Positions 11,472 to 17,964 of a DNA stretch of 64,000 nt are shown here, piece by piece (within the stretch, counting starts at the first letter, position 1; each line of letters begins with the position of its first letter). Below the pieces are notes generated by a model. The model saw only the letters and a list, made by a program, of their open reading frames with translations. It searched no databases and had not been told where the DNA came from. Source of the stretch: an uncultured virus (IMG/VR IMGVR_UViG_649633094_000002) (lineage: Duplodnaviria; Heunggongvirae; Uroviricota; Caudoviricetes); IMG/VR virus record IMGVR_UViG_649633094_000002; one strand, given 5' to 3'. The translations under genes were made by a program, and so were the position numbers.

Positions 11472-11960
11472 TCAGAAAATCTTGCCGTAATCGACCTTTG
11501 TTTTCGGCGGTACCGTCTGATTCGAGCGAACCGTTGCGTTGCAATCGATGTGGCACCCCTCACCGACAACCGAATTGTGATTGACCACAGCGCCGCTCGA
11601 AATGATACAGCACCGATCTACCTTGACTGCGGTGCTTATCACCGACATTGGCTCGATAACGCACCCCTCGGCTATTTTTGCAGATGGGCTAACATAAGCC
11701 TTCGGACTGATGAACGACACAATCTCGTACCCCGCGGCTTTCAGCTTGTCCGTGACCGCAAGGCGGATATCGGCGTCGCCTATCGCCACAATTGCGCACT
11801 GGTACCTGTCGGTGAACTTTGCGCAGTCCGCAAGTGTACCGATTGCCTCTTCACTGTGGTCATCTAGGAAATCTATTTTATCATAAAGATTCAGCGCACG
11901 CGCCGACTCCTTTAGCATAGCGCCGTACTGTCCCGCGCCGATTATCAGTAAATTATTCAT
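11472..11960 (-). CDS. PglD/NeuD-like sugar acetyltransferase, copy 2
   Basis: MNNLLIIGAGQYG, VAIGD, SPKAYVSPSA, VVNHN; start overlaps the upstream stop (TGATG). Confidence 0.85.
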   Translation of the reverse strand: MNNLLIIGAGQYGAMLKESARALNLYDKIDFLDDHSEEAIGTLADCAKFTDRYQCAIVAIGDADIRLAVTDKLKAAGYEIVSFISPKAYVSPSAKIAEGCVIEPMSVISTAVKVDRCCIISSGAVVNHNSVVGEGCHIDCNATVRSNQTVPPKTKVDYGKIF

Positions 11961-12196
11961 CAGAAAAAGTCCGCCTGTTCTTCGCCCGTCCAATTCATAT
12001 CGTTCAGGCGATCATTTTCAACAAGTTTTACAAACACCTTACTGCCCCTCGCAGCCAATGACTCAATGCAAAACAGCTTAGAAAACGTAGTTTCAGCTAA
12101 CGCCTTTCCATCAGCGAATTCCATCTGCTTATCCTCAATCACCGCAACAACCGGTGACTCGATCTTCGCCACAAACCGCTCGACCCTATAAGTCAT
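11960..12196 (-). CDS. Hypothetical protein, 78 aa
   Basis: GGTGAG RBS-like sequence; translationally coupled to the downstream acetyltransferase. Confidence 0.65.
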   Translation of the reverse strand: MTYRVERFVAKIESPVVAVIEDKQMEFADGKALAETTFSKLFCIESLAARGSKVFVKLVENDRLNDMNWTGEEQADFF

Positions 12197-12214
12197 AATA
12201 ATCTCACCAATTTA

Positions 12215-12292
12215 TTTCCCAAACTAATAAAATTTGTCAAAAGCCCCAAAAAAGCACTGTATAATCAACTTTTCAGACACCATTGACGAATA
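12215..12292. other. Third recombinase core-like site plus arm-type motif
   Basis: TTTCCCAAA-C-TAATAAA-A-TTTGTCAAA (12215-12241); TTGACGAATA (12283-12292) is the reverse complement of TATTCGTCAA at 15875-15884. Confidence 0.45.
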
Positions 12293-12305
12293 CCTGATGT
12301 TAGCT

Positions 12306-14528
12306 TTAAAGATCTTTGCAAATATTCATCAGCAGTTCAGCCAACTCATCTGTCAGCTTACCCTGCCGTTTCTTCTGCATCTGAGTACACCGCCACTTAA
12401 CAAGGTCAAGGTCATTATAGCGATCCTTACTCGCTGGGTGTCTGCCGAACTTTTGCAGGTACTCCATGTAACTGTCGTAGTATTTCATAAAGACTTCGTT
12501 TTTGCGTCTCTGACGCAGATTTTCAAGCGGTATGCCAGCCTCTTTAAACCGCTCGACGCGGTGCGCCTGCATATTTCCGGCTAAATACAAAACGACCTGA
12601 CTTTTATACCATTTTCCCAGCTTGTATCCATCAACAACCTCATTGATGCCCGGCAGGCTGCCAAACTCTTTGAAATAGCTTCTAAGCCTATTGAAAGCGT
12701 TCAACCACTCTTCTTCATGTTTGTCCCAGGTAAAACCAATCGAATCAAGCATCGCAATACGTTCTTCCGACAGCTGCCCGCGATACCTTGCGGTACGCTG
12801 AGAGTTCGCCCAAACGTATAGAACCTTTAATTCCGGGTCTAACTTTACATCGGCATAATTCGGGAAACGTCCATGCTGCTTCACGAATTCGCCGAGCCTA
12901 TCACAGTTATCCTGCCAATACTCTGCCATACCCTTAGTGATCTCGCAGCCCAGCGCAATAAGCTTTTGGACTTTGTCTTCCTCAAGCGTACCATTGCGGT
13001 ACTTGTTTTTTTGCGTTGTGACCCATCTGTACAGACTTGTCTTGTCCGAACCGAACTCCGATTTTTTCGGGAAATGCCCGAGCGATTCAGTGATTGATTT
13101 CAGTTCTTCAAAATACATCTGCCAGCTTGCCTCATTGACATTCCACGGAAAACAGATACAGTTGAGCTTGTCAACACGATTCTTTGACAGCTTGCCCTGA
13201 TTGTTCAGAGTTCGCTGCTGATTAGCCCATTTGCCGATCAGAACTCCCTCATAAGAGATATTTCCGTCCGGGAAAGCATGATACTTCTCGGCGTACTCTT
13301 TGAGCAGCTCGAAGTTGAAATCCCAACTGTTGGCGAAAGTGTCATTCAACTCATTGAGTATCTCTCTGATGTCACGAACGTAGTCATACAACTCAAATTC
13401 GATCTCATCATCGTAATCGCCCTCACCTCGGGCTATTTCCATGAAACCGGCGTACTGCTGTGCCGTATCGCCTGTTTCGTAGTTGTTTACAATATCGAAG
13501 ATCAGAGGTTTTTTCTTTGAGTCGGAGCAAGCCAGCGCCCGCCCGAGCTGCTGATAGAAAACGTTTGCAGACTGCGTGGCGCGGAGCATGATGACCCCGT
13601 CCACGTCGTCGAAGTGAACGCCCTCGTTCAGCATATCAATGCAAAACAGCAGCTTTAATACATTACTGTCCTTATCACTCCTGAACTCCTCGAATTGTTT
13701 GTTCGACGCGCTGTTCTGAGCGTAGACCGTGTATTTATGAATATCGCGGTTGACTTTCGTGAACCACGAGTCGCATTCGCTGACCATTCTATGAAGCTGT
13801 TCCACGCTCGGACAGAAGACAATGAACTTGCCCGCCTTGTTGCGGATATGCTTCTCGAATATTTTGTCAATGCCGACATCAAGTTCGGCAATCATCGACT
13901 TTGCTTTTCTAATCTTACCCAGCAAGGCACTTTTCAGTCTCGGATTGCCCGACTGCTCGGCTTTCATTTCAAGCTGTTCTATGTCACCCCTGAAAGAATA
14001 CCATGAGGTAACATATATCGGCAGTGGAAGTATCTTTCTGCGAATTGCCTCAGCCAAACTCATGTTCACGGCATAGACACCGTTAAACAGTTCGTCCGCC
14101 ATGTTCCGTCCGCTGTCGAGATAGCGTATCGGAGTTGCCGACGTTCCGAACACCTTAGCACTCGGGTTGCCGTCAAGCAATCTCTGTACACCCTGCCCCC
14201 ACTCATCAGCACCGCAGCGGTGAAACTCGTCCAGTACGATGTAGTTGTACTCAGAGAACGCTTCGGTCTGCGACAGCTTGGTATATGTGAGAAAATCGGT
14301 GTTATCAAGTGAAATCCTGTTCTCGTCAGCAAGCGACTTCATCTGCTCAAATATGTAAGTCGATGGAGAGCAGACCGCAAAACGCTTATCGGCATTATCC
14401 TCGATGAGCTGCATGATGAGGTAGCTTTTGCCCGTTCCCGTAGGCTGCACCGCAGCGACCCTCTGCTCCGTCTGAAAAAGGCCCACCATGTTTGCATAAG
14501 TTTCACTATTGTGTTTATGCAAAAACAT
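12306..14528 (-). CDS. SF2 (DExH) helicase with C-terminal helicase-associated repeats
   Basis: PTGTGKS, LDEFH, SATP, DMLNEG, QQLGR; repeated W....F..L...G.FP....L..W...QR...G.L...R...L..IGF.W units; AAGGTGAGG RBS. Confidence 0.9.
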   Translation of the reverse strand: MFLHKHNSETYANMVGLFQTEQRVAAVQPTGTGKSYLIMQLIEDNADKRFAVCSPSTYIFEQMKSLADENRISLDNTDFLTYTKLSQTEAFSEYNYIVLDEFHRCGADEWGQGVQRLLDGNPSAKVFGTSATPIRYLDSGRNMADELFNGVYAVNMSLAEAIRRKILPLPIYVTSWYSFRGDIEQLEMKAEQSGNPRLKSALLGKIRKAKSMIAELDVGIDKIFEKHIRNKAGKFIVFCPSVEQLHRMVSECDSWFTKVNRDIHKYTVYAQNSASNKQFEEFRSDKDSNVLKLLFCIDMLNEGVHFDDVDGVIMLRATQSANVFYQQLGRALACSDSKKKPLIFDIVNNYETGDTAQQYAGFMEIARGEGDYDDEIEFELYDYVRDIREILNELNDTFANSWDFNFELLKEYAEKYHAFPDGNISYEGVLIGKWANQQRTLNNQGKLSKNRVDKLNCICFPWNVNEASWQMYFEELKSITESLGHFPKKSEFGSDKTSLYRWVTTQKNKYRNGTLEEDKVQKLIALGCEITKGMAEYWQDNCDRLGEFVKQHGRFPNYADVKLDPELKVLYVWANSQRTARYRGQLSEERIAMLDSIGFTWDKHEEEWLNAFNRLRSYFKEFGSLPGINEVVDGYKLGKWYKSQVVLYLAGNMQAHRVERFKEAGIPLENLRQRRKNEVFMKYYDSYMEYLQKFGRHPASKDRYNDLDLVKWRCTQMQKKRQGKLTDELAELLMNICKDL

Positions 14529-14571
14529 AGTCCTCACCTTCTCAGATATTTAGAAATAATTGGAATTATTT

Positions 14572-14596
14572 TTCTCAAATCAACTTATTTCAAGAA
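14572..14596. repeat. Cassette 1 left recombination site (inverted partner of 15942-15966)
   Basis: TTCTCAAAT-CAACTTA-TTTCAAGAA; 14576-14590 matches the reverse complement of 15948-15962 at 13/15 with an identical central 7-mer. Confidence 0.6.
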
Positions 14597-14599
14597 AAG

Positions 14600-14621
14600 T
14601 TCAATAACAAATGTTATTGAA
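14600..14621. promoter_or_regulatory. Perfect palindrome, possible operator
   Basis: TTCAATAACA-AA-TGTTATTGAA, between the leftward promoter and the left site. Confidence 0.5.
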
Positions 14622-14671
14622 TAGTGGAAACGCTTGGAACTAACGATTTTCAGCCACTTTCATACTTTATG

Positions 14672-14700
14672 ATTATAGCATTTATTTGTTTCATTGTCAA
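14672..14700 (-). promoter_or_regulatory. Consensus sigma-A promoter with extended -10, pointing at the helicase/polysaccharide genes
   Basis: Minus strand TTGACA-17 bp-TATAAT with TGn before the -10. Confidence 0.85.
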
Positions 14701-14787
14701 GAAGAAAGCGATTAATTCGTGAATATGATAGAATTTACATAAGTTTCACGCCATAATTTGATAATATTTGATTTTGGAGGAGTCAAA

Positions 14788-15867
14788 ATGAGTACAGGAA
14801 CCACGTACTTACGAAAGGACGGACGTTGGGAAACAAGGGTTTCCCTTGGAGTTGTTGACGGCAAACGTCAGACAAAGTCATTCTACGGGCGCACAAAAGA
14901 GGAAGCCGAGGGCAAGATGATGGCTGAGGTCATGAACGGTATGAGCTTTCAGATAACGGGACTTACCGTCAAGGCGCTATGTATGGAATGGCTGTCGGTC
15001 AACAGCCACAGGGTCAAGGTATCCACGCAGGCTAATTATATGACAAAATTTGAAAAGCACATTCTACCGTACTTTGGCGATAAAATGTGCTATGAGATCA
15101 CTTCAAAAACAGTCTATGGGTTCATACAGGCGAAACTCGATGAGGGGCTTTCTGCTGGATATGTTTCCAACATTCTGGTGCTGCTGAAAACTGTTTTCAA
15201 GTACGCGCAGAAGGAGTACCACATTCTCAATCCCTTTGACAACGTCATCATGCCCAAAAGTACAAAGTCCGAAACTCGTCTGCTGACGAAGAAGGAGCAG
15301 AAAAAGCTAAAGGAATACCTGAAAAGCAACGTCAATACAGCAACCCTCGGCATTTCACTTGCTATTTCTATGGGGCTGCGCATTGGTGAGATTTGCGGTC
15401 TAACTTGGCAGGATATTGACTTTAAGTGCCGCACTCTGACCGTCAGGCGGACAGTACAGCGTATTCGGGTGAAAGGCGAAGCAAAAAAGACAAAGATCGT
15501 CATTCTGCCGCCTAAAAGTAAAAGTTCCTTCCGCGAGATACCCATTCCCACGAGTGTGTTTGCTATGCTCAAAAACCTGCGGAGCACGCCCGAACACTAC
15601 ATATTGAGCGACAGCACCGAGCCAAAAGAACCGCGAATGATGTACTATGACTACGTCGAGATTCTGAAAGAACTCGGTCTTCCGTCCGTTAAATTCCATA
15701 GCCTTCGTCACGCCGCTGCGAGCAACGCTATCGAAGCCGGATTCGATGTTAAGACGCTTTCCGAGGTATTAGGACACTCGCGGATAGAAATGACAATGAA
15801 TCTTTATGTGCATTCCAACATGGACAGGAAGCGCAAGCTGATGGACAAGCTGGATATAGATACCTAA
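14788..15867 (+). CDS. Tyrosine recombinase 1 with N-terminal arm-binding domain
   Basis: RKDGRWE N-terminus; catalytic GLRIGE, FHSLRH, LGHS, NLYVH; GGAGG RBS. Confidence 0.95.
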   Translation: MSTGTTYLRKDGRWETRVSLGVVDGKRQTKSFYGRTKEEAEGKMMAEVMNGMSFQITGLTVKALCMEWLSVNSHRVKVSTQANYMTKFEKHILPYFGDKMCYEITSKTVYGFIQAKLDEGLSAGYVSNILVLLKTVFKYAQKEYHILNPFDNVIMPKSTKSETRLLTKKEQKKLKEYLKSNVNTATLGISLAISMGLRIGEICGLTWQDIDFKCRTLTVRRTVQRIRVKGEAKKTKIVILPPKSKSSFREIPIPTSVFAMLKNLRSTPEHYILSDSTEPKEPRMMYYDYVEILKELGLPSVKFHSLRHAAASNAIEAGFDVKTLSEVLGHSRIEMTMNLYVHSNMDRKRKLMDKLDIDT

Positions 15868-15941
15868 CGTCAATTATTCGTCAAAAAACCGTCGGGGATA
15901 GCTCCATAAAATGGCGCTATCCCGCGATATTTCGACGTATT

Positions 15942-15966
15942 GCCGCAAATTAAGTTGTTTTGTTAC
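15942..15966. repeat. Cassette 1 right recombination site
   Basis: GCCGCAAAT-TAAGTTG-TTTTGTTAC; preceded by a CGTCA arm-type array at 15868-15893. Confidence 0.6.
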
Positions 15967-15968
15967 AA

Positions 15969-16013
15969 ACCGAGATAGCACTTCCCTGCGCTATTTCGGT
16001 ATTTTCATTTTTT
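15969..16013 (+). terminator. Intrinsic terminator (possibly bidirectional)
   Basis: ACCGAGATAGC...GCTATTTCGGT stem followed by ATTTTCATTTTTT. Confidence 0.75.
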
Positions 16014-16469
16014 AAGCAGATTTATTATCCGTTTTCCACATTTTTCAGCATACTTCATCGCCTTAGCCGCTCCGCCGCCTTTTTCAACAGCACAGATCAC
16101 AAGGTCACTGCGGTCAACCATGCTTTTGTTTCTCTCATAGATAGCCGCCTTCGGATGCGCTGCCGCAGCTTCGGAACAGATCTCGACTTCATCATAATAG
16201 GCTTCGTAGCTTTCACGATTATCACGGTATTCCGCCCGTTCATACGGCAGCACAAGTATCAGCGACGCATTTCCGCAAGCGTAGTCATCGATCGCCTTTC
16301 GTACAGTTGAAGCCGCCAGCTGATCGAAATCGCCGTCCCTGCCTACAAGAAATTCGACGTACTCTTTTGATTTTATCAATTCCCGCAGAATTGTGAGCAG
16401 TCTTTTCTCCAGCGCAAACATATTCGGCAGTTTCCTATGCCCGAAAAACGTCACCGTGTAAATATTCAT
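16005..16469 (-). CDS. SLOG/YpsA (DUF1273)-like nucleotide-binding protein
   Basis: TFFGHR, FLVGRDGDFD, LVLPY, RNKSMVDRSDLVI, GGAAKAMKYA; GAGGCGGT RBS. Confidence 0.7.
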   Translation of the reverse strand: MNIYTVTFFGHRKLPNMFALEKRLLTILRELIKSKEYVEFLVGRDGDFDQLAASTVRKAIDDYACGNASLILVLPYERAEYRDNRESYEAYYDEVEICSEAAAAHPKAAIYERNKSMVDRSDLVICAVEKGGGAAKAMKYAEKCGKRIINLLKK

Positions 16470-16523
16470 ACCGCACCGCCTCAGAATCCGCTTAGGAAAT
16501 CCGACGAAATTTTTACCGTCAAC

Positions 16524-16552
16524 TTGCTTTTTGAAAGTCGATAAAGTATAAT
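16524..16552 (+). promoter_or_regulatory. Sigma-A-like promoter outside cassette 2, pointing into it
   Basis: TTGCTT-17 bp-TATAAT. Confidence 0.6.
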
Positions 16553-16573
16553 AAATACGTGGGGTTTATGACT

Positions 16574-16593
16574 TTTCGCAAAGTCTGTGATTT
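16574..16593. repeat. Cassette 2 left inverted repeat (20 bp)
   Basis: TTTCGCAAAGTCTGTGATTT, exact reverse complement of 17851-17870. Confidence 0.92.
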
Positions 16594-16659
16594 CAGGGCG
16601 AAACTGTTCAGAAGCCCGATTTTACAGGCTATTTATATTTTCCTTGACGGCAAATTACG

Positions 16660-17745
16660 TTAAGCTCCCATCGTCATGAGGTCCATGCAGGACTTCTTGT
16701 GGCTCATTGACGAATGCACATATCGGTCAAGAGTAATCTGGGACGACGAGTGTCCGAGTATCTCAGAGAGCGTCTTAACGTCAAATCCGATCTCAATCGC
16801 TTCTGAAGCCATTTTATGGCGGAGACTATGGTAGGTGAAGCTGCCGAGCCCGAGCCTGTTAAGTATGCTCTTAAATCGGTATTGCAGCGTTCTCGGCTCA
16901 ATAGGCGTACCCGTTCCCGTCAGCACATAGCTGTCGGGCTTTCTTTTTAACTCCGTAAGCATCGGCACAAGGCACTCGGGAATGGGTATCTCACGCTTGG
17001 ATGACTGGCTTTTAGGCTCTGTTATGATGATTTTTGTCTTGCTTTTGCCGTCATAATTCTGTATGCGCTGTATAGTGTGTCTGACGTAAAGCACACGCTT
17101 TTCTATGTCAATATCCTGCCAGCTGAGAGCACAAACCTCGCCTATTCTCATGCCCGTAAAAAGCGACAGCGCCACGGCGAGAGTCGTTTCGTTATGGTTC
17201 GTATTTATGTAGTACACGAGCTTTCTCTTTTCCTCGGCAGTCATAATATTTATCTCGGGCTTCGCTTTCTTGGGCATCACCACGCCCTCGATCACGTTTG
17301 TAATGTTGTACTCGTTCGCTGCATAGCGGTACATCGCCTTCATCACTGTAATTATATCGCCCACATACCTTGCTGAAAGCCCCTGACTCAGCTTTTTCTG
17401 GATAAATTCGGAGATCATCCTTGTCTTGATCGAAGCGCATACTTTAGCCCCAAATTCGGGCAGTATATGGCGTTCTATTTTCATGCGGTAGTTGGAAGCG
17501 GTGGAATCCTTTATCCTGTTTTTCATAACAAAAAGCCATTCCCACGCAAGCTCTCTGACGGTCATTACCGTTATGCTCTCACCGCTTGTGTTCCTGCCGC
17601 CTGTTTCCTCCATCATCTTGTATTCCGCTTCTTCCTGCGTTTTACCGTAGAAGGAGCGGTATTTTTTATGTCCGTCTTTATCTTCAACACGAATGCGGCA
17701 CTCCCAGCGCCCGTCCTTTCTTTTGTACGTTGTTCCCTTATTCAT
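16660..17745 (-). CDS. Tyrosine recombinase 2, paralogue of 14788..15867
   Basis: KRKDGRWE; GMRIGE, YHSLRH, LGHS, DRYVH; GGAGG RBS. Confidence 0.95.
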   Translation of the reverse strand: MNKGTTYKRKDGRWECRIRVEDKDGHKKYRSFYGKTQEEAEYKMMEETGGRNTSGESITVMTVRELAWEWLFVMKNRIKDSTASNYRMKIERHILPEFGAKVCASIKTRMISEFIQKKLSQGLSARYVGDIITVMKAMYRYAANEYNITNVIEGVVMPKKAKPEINIMTAEEKRKLVYYINTNHNETTLAVALSLFTGMRIGEVCALSWQDIDIEKRVLYVRHTIQRIQNYDGKSKTKIIITEPKSQSSKREIPIPECLVPMLTELKRKPDSYVLTGTGTPIEPRTLQYRFKSILNRLGLGSFTYHSLRHKMASEAIEIGFDVKTLSEILGHSSSQITLDRYVHSSMSHKKSCMDLMTMGA

Positions 17746-17785
17746 ATATTCCTCCGTTTAATTCTTACTTTTTACATTTTTTTCA

Positions 17786-17814
17786 TTGACAAACACCGCA
17801 AAATCGTGTATAAT
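17786..17814 (+). promoter_or_regulatory. Consensus sigma-A promoter inside cassette 2, divergent from the recombinase
   Basis: TTGACA-17 bp-TATAAT. Confidence 0.85.
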
Positions 17815-17850
17815 AGTAGTGTTGAGATAGTGCTATGATGGCATTTCTCA

Positions 17851-17870
17851 AAATCACAGACTTTGCGAAA
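17851..17870. repeat. Cassette 2 right inverted repeat (20 bp)
   Basis: AAATCACAGACTTTGCGAAA within the dyad TTCTCAAAA-TCACAGA-CTTTGCGAA. Confidence 0.92.
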
Positions 17871-17915
17871 CCCTTACAGCAAAAAAAGACTTTTGCGCTG
17901 TATAGGGCTTTTTTT
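17871..17915 (+). terminator. Intrinsic terminator immediately outside the right inverted repeat
   Basis: CCCTTACAGC...GCTGTATAGGG stem followed by C and T7. Confidence 0.75.
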
Positions 17916-17964
17916 ATAAAAATTTTTCCGGGGACGATGACGGCACCGCCCCGGATTTTTACCG

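Noticed and set aside
9990..12010. NMSWTGE in the acetyltransferase tail resembling DMNWTGE in the 78-aa protein
   Set aside because: Match too short to separate from chance.
12234..12266. TTGTCA...TATAAT as a plus-strand promoter
   Set aside because: Spacer is 20 bp, and the TTGTCA is better explained as an arm of the core-like site.
16574..17870. 20-bp repeats as ICE attL/attR or IS ends
   Set aside because: They are inverted, enclose only a tyrosine recombinase and have core-site dyad structure; att pairs for excision are direct repeats and there is no DDE transposase.
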